Below are positions 21,867-29,802 of a stretch of DNA of 39,816 nucleotides, piece by piece (position 1 is the stretch's first letter; each line of letters starts with the position of its first letter). A program made the translations under genes and the position numbers. The notes under the pieces were generated by a model. The model had not been told where the DNA came from. It saw only the letters and a program-made list of their open reading frames with translations, and ran no database searches. The stretch spans positions 1 through 39,816 of the forward strand of contig JBIODP010000001.1 of assembly GCA_044445195.1 (NCBI GenBank). The letters are read 5' to 3'. The stretch comes from Burkholderiales bacterium. GTDB lineage: Bacteria; Pseudomonadota; Gammaproteobacteria; Burkholderiales; Burkholderiaceae_D.

Positions 21867-22451
21867 ATGCCATTTAATATCCCGATTTTCCTGACGTGGT
21901 TGCGTGTTGCACTTATCCCGCTGGTAGTGGGGGTGTTTTATCTGCCGCACGCATGGCTGACGCCATCCGAACAAGGCTTGGCGGCGACGGCGATCTTTAT
22001 CGTTGCGGCGGTGACAGACTGGTTTGACGGTTTTTTGGCGCGGCGCTGGAATCAAACCTCTGCATTTGGCGCTTTTCTCGACCCCGTAGCCGACAAGCTG
22101 ATGGTTGCCGGCGCATTGCTGGTGTTAGTACAGCTCGACCGCGTCAATGCTGCAGTCGCCTTCATTATCATCGGCCGGGAAATTGCCATTTCTGCATTGC
22201 GCGAATGGATGGCGCAGATAGGCGCGTCGAAGTCGGTTGCGGTCAGTTCTCTGGGTAAAATCAAGACTTCCGCACAAATGCTCGCCATTCCGATGCTGCT
22301 TTATAACGATCGATTATTTACCGTCGTCAACACCCGCCTCTGGGGCCAGTGGTTGCTGGGGATTGCAGCGGTGCTGACTGTGTGGTCGATGCTTTATTAT
22401 TTACGCAAGGCATGGCCTTTAATCAAGGCAAACGCAGGTCATCTGGTTTAA
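21867..22451 (+). CDS. pgsA: CDP-diacylglycerol--glycerol-3-phosphate 3-phosphatidyltransferase
   Basis: MPFNIPIFLTWLRVALIP is colinear with the E. coli PgsA N-terminus. CDP-alcohol motif DWFDGFLARR...G...DPVADK. Confidence 0.93.
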   Translation: MPFNIPIFLTWLRVALIPLVVGVFYLPHAWLTPSEQGLAATAIFIVAAVTDWFDGFLARRWNQTSAFGAFLDPVADKLMVAGALLVLVQLDRVNAAVAFIIIGREIAISALREWMAQIGASKSVAVSSLGKIKTSAQMLAIPMLLYNDRLFTVVNTRLWGQWLLGIAAVLTVWSMLYYLRKAWPLIKANAGHLV

Positions 22452-22514
22452 GCCCGATGCATTTAAGCTTTGGTGAAAGTAACTGGCCAGCGGCTGAGCA
22501 GTTACGGTGAAAGC

Positions 22515-22542
22515 TTGACAATGCGGCCCGATCCTCTATAAT
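22515..22542 (+). promoter_or_regulatory. Near-consensus sigma-70 promoter of the tRNA operon (TTGACA-N16-TATAAT, GC-rich discriminator GTGCGTC)
   Basis: Both hexamers are perfect consensus, read directly. The -10 ends 17 nt before the tRNA-Gly 5' end. Confidence 0.65.
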
Positions 22543-22559
22543 GTGCGTCTGTTATTGAT

Positions 22560-22635
22560 GCGGGAGTAGCTCAGTTGGTAGAGCGCAACCTTGCCAAGGT
22601 TGAGGTCGAGAGTTCGAGACTCTTCTCCCGCTCCA
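22560..22635 (+). tRNA. glyW: tRNA-Gly (anticodon GCC), copy 1, CCA encoded
   Basis: Hand-folded cloverleaf. Acceptor GCGGGAG/CTCCCGC, anticodon loop TTGCCAA, T-loop TTCGAGA. 76 nt. Confidence 0.93.
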
Positions 22636-22646
22636 GGATTCCAAGT

Positions 22647-22682
22647 GAAGCCAAGGATAACCTTATCCACGGCTTCTTTTTT
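22647..22682 (+). terminator. Terminator-like hairpin plus T6 between the two tRNA-Gly copies
   Basis: GAAGCC-AA-GGATAA/CC/TTATCC-AC-GGCTTC (6+6 bp with a 2x2 internal mismatch) followed by TTTTTT. Confidence 0.5.
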
Positions 22683-22711
22683 ATTTGGATGGGATGGCAA
22701 AACATTTACGT

Positions 22712-22787
22712 GCGGGAGTAGCTCAGTTGGTAGAGCGCAACCTTGCCAAGGTTGAGGTCGAGAGTTCGAGACTCTTCTCCCGCTCCA
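22712..22787 (+). tRNA. glyW: tRNA-Gly (anticodon GCC), copy 2, identical to copy 1
   Basis: 76/76 nt identical to 22560-22635. Confidence 0.93.
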
Positions 22788-22901
22788 GATGAAGAATATT
22801 TTTATATTGTCACCGAATCACCGGATAATTGTTAGAATCCAGCATCGGTAGTCTGAAGTTCAAGCAGCACACTTTCAGTTTCGTGGTACGATACTGCGCG
22901 C

Positions 22902-22975
22902 GGCGGGGTAGCAAAGTGGTTATGCAGCGGCCTGCAAAGCCGTCTACGCCGGTTCGATCCCGACCCCCGCCTCCA
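22902..22975 (+). tRNA. cysT: tRNA-Cys (anticodon GCA), CCA encoded
   Basis: 74 nt. Acceptor GGCGGGG/CCCCGCC, anticodon loop CTGCAAA. Colinear with E. coli tRNA-Cys. One C:A mismatch in the T-stem. Confidence 0.9.
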
Positions 22976-22986
22976 TTTGCAGCAAT
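22975..22986. repeat. Left copy of a 12-bp perfect inverted repeat (ATTTGCAGCAAT) flanking the GT4 gene
   Basis: Read directly. The first base is the terminal A of the tRNA-Cys CCA. The partner is at 24399-24410. Confidence 0.9.
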
Positions 22987-23046
22987 GTAGCATATGCACC
23001 CCTATCCCTATGCATATTCACTACACCTGCGCCTTGGGCATTTACC

Positions 23047-24243
23047 TTAGTTTGCAACAGATGGGCTGACAGCCTGCGCCCGTTGCGCGCTTCTGTTGTC
23101 AATCACCCCCTGATAGATGTCGACTACCCGCCGCGCAGTAGCGGGGGCGCTCCATGTATTTGCATATTCGCGCCCTTCATTGCCGATCAATTGACGCAAC
23201 TCCTTGTTGCCGAGCAATCGGGCAACTTTAGCGGCAAAGTCTTCCGTTTCCTCTTCCGCTACGAGAGCGCCGCGATGGGGGGACAGGATATCGATGGTTC
23301 CCATCACTGCGGTGGAGACAACAGGAACCCCCAGCGCCATTGCTTCAAGCAGCACCAGCCCCTGCGTTTCCGTGCGCGATGCGAAAACGAAGACGTCGGC
23401 AGCACAATAGCAGTCCATCAGTTCGGTTTCACGATCCAGATAACCGACGAACTTGACGTTGTCGGTAATCCCCAGGCGTTTGACCTGCTGTTCGAGATCG
23501 GGTTTTGCGGGGCCTTCGCCGCAGATCAATAGCAGCATTTTCGGGTGTGTCGCCTTCAGGTGAGCGACCACGGTCAACAGGAACCCAATATTTTTTTCGT
23601 GGGCTACGCGGCCTACATGCAGCAACAAAGGCTGATCTTCCGGGATGCCATGCTTCGCCCGAAAACGCGAACCGACACCCGATTTGAATTTTGCCATCTG
23701 GATGCCGGTAGGCGCAATATGAATAGGCGAGACGCAGCCGTATTGCTGCAAGACCATGCTCATGGCAGTGGAGGGCACAATGACCGCATCGACCGAATTG
23801 CACTGCGAGCGTGAAAAATTGCGCGTGATCATACGCGTCAAAAACTTGGGCAGCAGCGGCACATAGTGGTACAGGTACTCTTCAAAGAAGGTGTGATACG
23901 TCTCAACTGTGGGGATATTCAGCATTCTGGCCAGCTTGATGCCGGCGTAGTGCGCCAGAAAGGGGGTCTGTATATGCACGAGATCGAAATCCCGCTCGCG
24001 CAATTGCGGCAGCAACGCGTGGATTTTGGCCGACTTCATCAGACGATCCTCCGGGTCCATGATCACATTCCCCGATTCGACGCGTGTAATGTGCGGAACC
24101 TCCGGATGCCCCGCCGGATACGTCGGCGCTATGATATGCACGCCATGCCCTTGCTCGGACAGCTCCTGCTGGAAAGTCAGTATTGAGGTGGAAACACCAT
24201 TCACGCGAGGAAAATAGACATCCGATATCATCAGAATTCGCAT
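23047..24243 (-). CDS. GT4-family (group 1) glycosyltransferase, diacylglycerol-glycosyltransferase-like
   Basis: From ATG at 24243 (GGAG SD upstream): MRILMISDVYFPRVNGVSTSI. C-terminal E-x7-E region: FASRTETQGLVLLEAMALGVPVV. The ORF-track start at 24363 adds 40 unlikely residues. Confidence 0.85.
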   Translation of the reverse strand: MRILMISDVYFPRVNGVSTSILTFQQELSEQGHGVHIIAPTYPAGHPEVPHITRVESGNVIMDPEDRLMKSAKIHALLPQLRERDFDLVHIQTPFLAHYAGIKLARMLNIPTVETYHTFFEEYLYHYVPLLPKFLTRMITRNFSRSQCNSVDAVIVPSTAMSMVLQQYGCVSPIHIAPTGIQMAKFKSGVGSRFRAKHGIPEDQPLLLHVGRVAHEKNIGFLLTVVAHLKATHPKMLLLICGEGPAKPDLEQQVKRLGITDNVKFVGYLDRETELMDCYCAADVFVFASRTETQGLVLLEAMALGVPVVSTAVMGTIDILSPHRGALVAEEETEDFAAKVARLLGNKELRQLIGNEGREYANTWSAPATARRVVDIYQGVIDNRSAQRAQAVSPSVAN

Positions 24244-24398
24244 TCTTACCACTCCATAGATCAGTAATATCAGTATTGATCGCGTAGAGACTACTGAATG
24301 GATATTACAGCATCGTGACAATCGGTAATACGGGCATGATTTGCAAGAATTAACAGTGGGCAATTATTTGCCGGGGTTTTCAAGGCAGGATGGAGAGA

Positions 24399-24410
24399 AT
24401 TGCTGCAAAT
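24399..24410. repeat. Right copy of the 12-bp inverted repeat (ATTGCTGCAAAT)
   Basis: Exact reverse complement of 22975-22986. Confidence 0.9.
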
Positions 24411-24577
24411 TGCGCATTTTGGCATCGCTGAATAGGCAATGGACCGCGCGGAGTGATAAAATCGCGCCTCGCCATGCTTCATGGCCGTCGTTGGGGCCAC
24501 CGACATATGATGCGCTTATAATATAAACGCGCTTTATTACTGCAGTGTGACTGCAACGTGGCGCCAAATCGCATATT

Positions 24578-24670
24578 GCCCGAGTGGTGAAATTGGTAGA
24601 CACAGCGGACTTAAAATCCGCCGCTTACCTGAAAAGGGGCGTGCCGGTTCAATTCCGGCCTCGGGCACCA
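24578..24670 (+). tRNA. leuZ: tRNA-Leu (anticodon UAA), unusually long (93 nt) because of a ~21-nt variable arm, CCA encoded
   Basis: Acceptor GCCCGAG/CTCGGGC, anticodon loop CTTAAAA, T-arm GCCGG-TTCAATT-CCGGC. Colinear with E. coli leuZ except for a longer variable region CGCTTACCTGAAAAGGGGCGT. Confidence 0.85.
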
Positions 24671-24863
24671 GTCATGTTTTTGATGATGTTATTTATTCAC
24701 CAATATTTTGTAAAAGCATTTCCGCAACTCTCCATTTGGTCTGCTGCATCTGCGCCCTTTCCGGTTCCGCAAGTCTTGGGCATATCGAATTTAATGGAAT
24801 ATCGCCATAGACTTCACTGCCAATACCTGAGTATTATAGTTATACTAATTCACACAAATCCGG

Positions 24864-27653
24864 ATGCGTGGGAGTATGGCGTACAAAATCGTTATACCAA
24901 GCCTGTATTGGTTAACTGGCATCTTGTCTTTTGCCACGGGTCACCATTTACTTGCTGCGTTTAATCAACCTCGCGACCGAGCGCAGTTATTATTCAGTGG
25001 CATTACTTTTTTGTCGGTGCTTCAAGCAATTTCTTTTATTTATACCTTGCAGGCAGTCAACATCGTTGAGTATGTCGATGCGCTCAGATGGAATATTGCG
25101 GCTACCCTCCTGTTAATGCTTTTGCTCCCTTGGTTTATCGCCCTGCTTACGGGAATAATCCCGCGCTCTTTTCTGCTGTGGTTCAGCGTGTTGCAAGTTG
25201 TATTTTTCGCGGTAAATTTGGCACAGCCGTACACTTTACAATTCGATCATTTAGATGGACTTCATACCCTCAACTTGCCATGGGGCGAACAGGTCACCCG
25301 CGGGCATGGGCACCCAGGTTTCGTGACATATGCAGTCATTTCTGTAGTGGCGTTGAATTTTGGCTTCACTTTATATGCCCTGGCAAGCGCATATCGTCGT
25401 GACCGCAAGCTGATGGACTTATGGATGCTGATCGCTTTCTGGCTGTATCTGCTCTGTGGAATTGAAGGCGTTCTTGCACGACTGTCTATCGTGGAATTCA
25501 TTGAAACCGGTCCGGTCGGCATCTTGGCAATGGTAGCGGTCATGAGCGCTGCACTAACCTTTGAAATGCAAAAGCGGGTACGTACCTCCGAGCGGCAATT
25601 CCGTTCCCTATTTGAAAATTCACCTACCGGATTAGTCGCCATTGATCCGGAAAGCCGGTGCATTGTGCAAGCCAACCGCATTGCACTGGAAATGAGCGGG
25701 TTTAATTCCGAAGAGATTCTCACCAAGACTGTTGCCGAGTTAACATACCCTGATGATTTGAATCAGTCGGAATACCGGCAATGCTACGAACAACTTTCAA
25801 GTGGGGTCATTGATCGCTTGTCTTATGAAAAACGGTTCCTCAGAAAAGATGGGAGTAGTTTTTTCGGACTAACGTCAATCTCAACTCTCAAGGATGAGCG
25901 CGGCAAGATTATGCGCTTCATTGGCAGCACCATTGATATTTCCGAACGCAAGGAGATGGAAGATGCTTTGCATGAAAGCGAGTTTCGATTTCGCACCATC
26001 ATTGAACAATCGCCTATCGGCATTGCATTTTCACGAGATGGAATTATGCTCGATGCAAATGAAGCCCTGTTGCAAATGTTTGGCCACAAAGATGTTGCAG
26101 AGGTGCGTGGACAACCCATAGTCAACCGGATTGCCCCACAGTGCCGGGCGGAAATTGAAGAGCGGATCAGAAAACGTTCTTTGGGTCAGCCAGTTGAAGG
26201 AACTTTTGAAACAATCGGTTTGCGTACGGACGGCTCACAGTTCCCATTACTTGTTTCGGTTAAACGCATCGTACTGAGTGATGGACCATTGACCTGTGCT
26301 TTTGAAATCGACATGACCGATAGTAAGGCGGCAGAAGAAAAGATCAAACATTTGGCTTTCTATGACCACCTCACCGATCTTCCTAACCGACTGCTTTTGC
26401 TCGATCGCCTCCAACAAGCAATGGCTTCCAGCGCGCGCAGCGGGAAACAGGGCGCACTGTTGTTCGTTAACCTGGACGACTTCAAATCGCTTAATGATAC
26501 CTTGGGTCATGCTGCGGGAGACTTGCTGCTGAAGCAGGTAGCGCGACGATTGACTTCGAGTTTGCGCGAAGGCGATTCAGTAGCACGGTTCGGTAGTGAT
26601 GAATTCGTCGTATTACTGCAAGACTTGAGTGGGCAGCTTATTGAGGCGGCGGAGCAAACAGAAATTGAATGTAATAAGATTTTTGATTCGCTCAAGCTAC
26701 CGTACCAACTTGGAGCACATGAATACCAGTGCACCATCAGTATTGGCGCAACCCTGTTCAAAGATCATCAGCAGACAAAAGAAGATCTGATAAAACAGGC
26801 TGACATCGCCATGACTCATGCCAAGAAGTCCGGGCGTAGCAAGCTGCGTTTCTTTGATCCTAAAATGCAGGCAGCTATTGACGCTCGTACAGCACTTGAA
26901 GGTGAACTACGTCATGCGCTTAAAAAAGAACAATTCCAGCTTCACTACCAAATCCAAATCGACAATTTTGGCCGTCCAATCGGAGCGGAGGCGCTTATCC
27001 GCTGGATACACCCTGAGCGCGGTTTGATTTCTCCCGCTCAATTCATTCCATTGGCAGAAGAAACGGATTTGATTCTGCCGATGGGGCAATGGGTGATCGA
27101 GGCAGCTTGCGCCCAGCTTAAGGCATGGGAGCGCGATGAAATGACACGAGACCTCGTTTTGGCGGTAAACATCAGCGCCAAGCAATTTTTCCAGGCTAAT
27201 TTCGTTTCTCACATTATGGCAACGGTGCATTGCCATAATATAAATTCCAATCTTCTCAAGCTTGAATTGACCGAAAGTATTTTGGTCGATGACATTGAAG
27301 GCACCATTTTAATTATGAGCGCATTGAAAAAAATCGGCGTCAGCTTCTCGCTTGATGACTTCGGAACAGGGTATTCATCCTTGCAATATCTTAAGCGGTT
27401 ACCGCTCGACCAGCTTAAGATTGACCAATCATTTGTACGCGACCTTGGCACCGATAGCAACGATGAAGCACTGGTGCGCACCATAATTTCAATGGCGCAA
27501 AGTTTGAATCTGGAGGTCATCGCAGAAGGCGTCGAAACCGAAAGCCAGCGGGAATTTTTGCTGAAAAACGGTTGCACCCGGTACCAGGGGTTTCTGTTTA
27601 GCAGACCATTACCGGTTGAACAATTCGATGCATTACTGAGCAAGGCTGCATAA
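24864..27653 (+). CDS. Membrane-bound c-di-GMP signalling protein: ~7 TM N-terminal domain, two PAS domains, GGDEF (GSDEF variant, RxxD I-site) and EAL
   Basis: Seven hydrophobic segments in aa 1-235. PAS blocks (FENSPTGL..., IIEQSPIGIAF...). REGDSVARFGSDEF at 26565-26606. EAL at 26988-26996, plus ELTES, DDFGTGYSS and KIDQSF. An alternative start is ATG at 24876. Confidence 0.9.
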   Translation: MRGSMAYKIVIPSLYWLTGILSFATGHHLLAAFNQPRDRAQLLFSGITFLSVLQAISFIYTLQAVNIVEYVDALRWNIAATLLLMLLLPWFIALLTGIIPRSFLLWFSVLQVVFFAVNLAQPYTLQFDHLDGLHTLNLPWGEQVTRGHGHPGFVTYAVISVVALNFGFTLYALASAYRRDRKLMDLWMLIAFWLYLLCGIEGVLARLSIVEFIETGPVGILAMVAVMSAALTFEMQKRVRTSERQFRSLFENSPTGLVAIDPESRCIVQANRIALEMSGFNSEEILTKTVAELTYPDDLNQSEYRQCYEQLSSGVIDRLSYEKRFLRKDGSSFFGLTSISTLKDERGKIMRFIGSTIDISERKEMEDALHESEFRFRTIIEQSPIGIAFSRDGIMLDANEALLQMFGHKDVAEVRGQPIVNRIAPQCRAEIEERIRKRSLGQPVEGTFETIGLRTDGSQFPLLVSVKRIVLSDGPLTCAFEIDMTDSKAAEEKIKHLAFYDHLTDLPNRLLLLDRLQQAMASSARSGKQGALLFVNLDDFKSLNDTLGHAAGDLLLKQVARRLTSSLREGDSVARFGSDEFVVLLQDLSGQLIEAAEQTEIECNKIFDSLKLPYQLGAHEYQCTISIGATLFKDHQQTKEDLIKQADIAMTHAKKSGRSKLRFFDPKMQAAIDARTALEGELRHALKKEQFQLHYQIQIDNFGRPIGAEALIRWIHPERGLISPAQFIPLAEETDLILPMGQWVIEAACAQLKAWERDEMTRDLVLAVNISAKQFFQANFVSHIMATVHCHNINSNLLKLELTESILVDDIEGTILIMSALKKIGVSFSLDDFGTGYSSLQYLKRLPLDQLKIDQSFVRDLGTDSNDEALVRTIISMAQSLNLEVIAEGVETESQREFLLKNGCTRYQGFLFSRPLPVEQFDALLSKAA

Positions 27654-27678
27654 AGGCTGGGGGTAATGCGGAATGCCG

Positions 27679-27807
27679 CTAATACGCAGATCTTCGCCAA
27701 CAACGGCAGCAGTCGGACAAATAGCCATACAGCGCCTCCATACATACCATCGCGAATACAACGAAGGATACGAAGATAATCAAGCAAAATAATGTATCGT
27801 AGCTCAT
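27679..27807 (-). CDS. Candidate unannotated 42-aa membrane peptide with a Cys-rich tail
   Basis: My translation: MSYDTLFCLIIFVSFVVFAMVCMEALYGYLSDCCRCWRRSAY. GAGGAG SD sequence 8 nt upstream of the ATG. Too short for the ORF track. No family recognised. Confidence 0.3.
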   Translation of the reverse strand: MSYDTLFCLIIFVSFVVFAMVCMEALYGYLSDCCRCWRRSAY

Positions 27808-28135
27808 GATTTTTTCTCCTCAAAATTGTTCGCAATATCGATAAGGTACAGGCAAGACAAAGGGGAAGTCGGTGCGCCACCTCTCATAGCCTTGCATGCC
27901 ATTTCAATCGGTTGACTCCCGCTCTAAATATTTCACTATCTATTTTCTCGGCCATGCAGGTCTGGCTTTGTAGCCCAACTTACCGCGCTTATTGCAGATG
28001 GAAAGGTAATAAGTATCTTTAACTGTGTTGGTTGCCGCACAGATTAAAAATTAGTTAAAGCTGATGATCACCTGTCATGTCGCTAAAACCAATTCATTTA
28101 GCGGGCCGTTATCACCGTCATTAAAGGAAAACATC

Positions 28136-28285
28136 ATGCTCTATACCATTGCCGTCATTCTGTTAATCATGTGGCTTCTTGGCCTGGTTACCTCCTATAC
28201 CGTAGGCGGATTCATCCACATCCTTCTGGTCATCGCAATCGTCATGATTTTGATTCGGATCATCAACGGCCAAGGGCCGATATGA
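28136..28285 (+). CDS. lmo0937-family small membrane protein
   Basis: MLYTIAVILLIMWLLGLVTSYTVGGFIHILLVIAIVMILIRIINGQGPI matches the family pattern. AAGGAAA SD sequence. The track ORF start at 28064 is probably too far upstream. Confidence 0.75.
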   Translation: MLYTIAVILLIMWLLGLVTSYTVGGFIHILLVIAIVMILIRIINGQGPI

Positions 28286-28445
28286 TTTGAAATTTTGTCG
28301 AATCTCACCAAGCCACCGCCCACCGGTCAGACACACAAATTTGCATTGTGTGCGCCACCGTACCGATCTTGCGAGAAGTTCAGGATATAAAGTCCTACAT
28401 TGAAAGCAGCACCATATTCGATTAATTGCTCACCGGAGAAAACTG

Positions 28446-28823
28446 ATGGATAAGTATTCAAAAAAGTGTTTCATGGCCTTGTGCGGCGCCGTTGTGGTAC
28501 TAACGGCTGGCTGCAGTAGCTTGAAGACGCCGGCGACCGCCGACGTCGCCGTATCCAAAGAAACGGTCGCTAATGCAGCCGCAGCAGGGGGCGCAGAATT
28601 CGCACCGGTCGAGATGAAGTCGGCGCGTGACAAGCTGGCCGGCGCAAATGCGGCGCTGGCAGAAAACAACTATAAATTGGCGGGCGATTTGGCAAATCAG
28701 GCGCAAGCGGACGCCAGATTGGCGCAAGGCAAAGCGAACTCCGCCAAAGCGCAAAATGAGGCGGCTGCCCTGCAAGAAGACATTCATGTCTTGCGCATGG
28801 AGTTAGACCGTGCCAATCAATAA
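28446..28823 (+). CDS. DUF4398-family lipoprotein
   Basis: Lipobox LTAGC, then an Ala/Gln-rich helical domain (APVEMKSARDKLAGANAAL...YKLAGDLANQAQADARLA). Confidence 0.75.
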   Translation: MDKYSKKCFMALCGAVVVLTAGCSSLKTPATADVAVSKETVANAAAAGGAEFAPVEMKSARDKLAGANAALAENNYKLAGDLANQAQADARLAQGKANSAKAQNEAAALQEDIHVLRMELDRANQ

Positions 28824-28902
28824 CCAACACGCATTAGCAAGCAGATAGATAAAACATTCCGTCACATTTATGCATGGCGTCACCTTACATTCACAGGAAA
28901 TC

Positions 28903-29796
28903 ATGATGAAAAAAATTAACTTTATGCCGGCTGCACTGGTGCTGGCAGTTCTCCTTGCTGCTTGCGGCACCACGCCGAAAACCACCAGTTTGCTGGACCA
29001 TGCGCGCAGCGATTTCTACACGGCGCAAAACAACCCTGATGTCATAACTTACGCGCAAGTGCAATTGAAAGAGGCGGGCGATGCTCTTGACCTGGCCAAT
29101 GCCGCGGAAAAACATGATGAGAGCGCCGCGAAGATCGATAAGCTGGCTTACCTTGCCAAGCAAAAGATCGCATTGACGCAAGAAACGGCAAAGCAAAAAT
29201 CAGCAGAGGCGCAAGTCGCCAATGCAGCGAAGCAGCGCGACCAAATTCGTTTGAGTCAACGCACGCATGAAGCCGACCAAGCAATCATTAGCGCCGAACA
29301 GTCTAACCTTGCGGCGCAGATAGCTGTGGGCGAGACTGTCGAGGCACAGCGCAAGACACAGGAAGCGCAAGCGCACTCGGCACAGCTGGAGGCGCAATTG
29401 GCTGATTTGTCCGCACAAAAAACTGACCGCGGTATGGTGATCACACTTGGCGACGTGCTGTTCGGCACCGACTTGGCACGCCTGAATCCGGATGGCATGC
29501 GCACCGCGCAAAAATTGGCCGACGTTTTACAGCAAAATCCGCAACGCAACGTGCTGATTGAAGGCTTTACCGACAGCACCGGGTCTGCACCGCATAACCA
29601 GGAGTTGTCCGAGCGCCGCGCTGCCGCAGTACGTAGCGCGTTGCAGGAAATGGGGATAGCTTCGGAACGCGTTGCGATACGGGGCTACGGTCAGACGTTC
29701 CCTGTTGCCGCCAATGATAATGCGCAGAGCCGCCAATTGAACCGGCGCGTCGAGATCGTCCTCTCTGACGCTAGCGGCAAGGTAACACCGCGCTAA
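28903..29796 (+). CDS. OmpA-family peptidoglycan-binding lipoprotein with a DUF4398-like N-domain and coiled coil
   Basis: Lipobox LLAAC. C-terminal OmpA_C block (LFGTDLARLNP...IEGFTDSTGSAPHNQELSERRAAAV...NRRVEIVL). Start chosen at ATG 28903, after AGGAAA. Confidence 0.85.
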   Translation: MMKKINFMPAALVLAVLLAACGTTPKTTSLLDHARSDFYTAQNNPDVITYAQVQLKEAGDALDLANAAEKHDESAAKIDKLAYLAKQKIALTQETAKQKSAEAQVANAAKQRDQIRLSQRTHEADQAIISAEQSNLAAQIAVGETVEAQRKTQEAQAHSAQLEAQLADLSAQKTDRGMVITLGDVLFGTDLARLNPDGMRTAQKLADVLQQNPQRNVLIEGFTDSTGSAPHNQELSERRAAAVRSALQEMGIASERVAIRGYGQTFPVAANDNAQSRQLNRRVEIVLSDASGKVTPR

Positions 29797-29802
29797 TTCG
29801 TC

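Noticed and set aside
22902-22975. C:A mismatch in the T-stem of tRNA-Cys, as possible evidence for a pseudogene.
   Set aside because: All other stems, the anticodon loop, the T-loop and the encoded CCA are intact and colinear with E. coli tRNA-Cys. A single mismatch is not enough to call a pseudogene.
24244-24363. 40-aa N-terminal extension of the GT4 ORF in the track.
   Set aside because: The extension (MPTVNSCKSCPYYRLSRCC...) is not GT-like. The internal ATG at 24243 has a GGAG SD sequence and gives the canonical MRILMISDVYFP GT4 N-terminus.
24547-24964. Two + ORFs (87 and 126 aa) starting around the tRNA-Leu.
   Set aside because: They run through the tRNA-Leu gene and the AT-rich leader of the GGDEF-EAL gene. 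They have no SD sequence, and their sequence is dictated by the tRNA.
27209-27880. 223-aa minus-strand ORF overlapping the 3' end of the EAL gene.
   Set aside because: It is antisense to a clearly real EAL domain for ~445 nt and has a junk-like sequence. It is in a different frame from the 42-aa SD-preceded ORF that I list instead.
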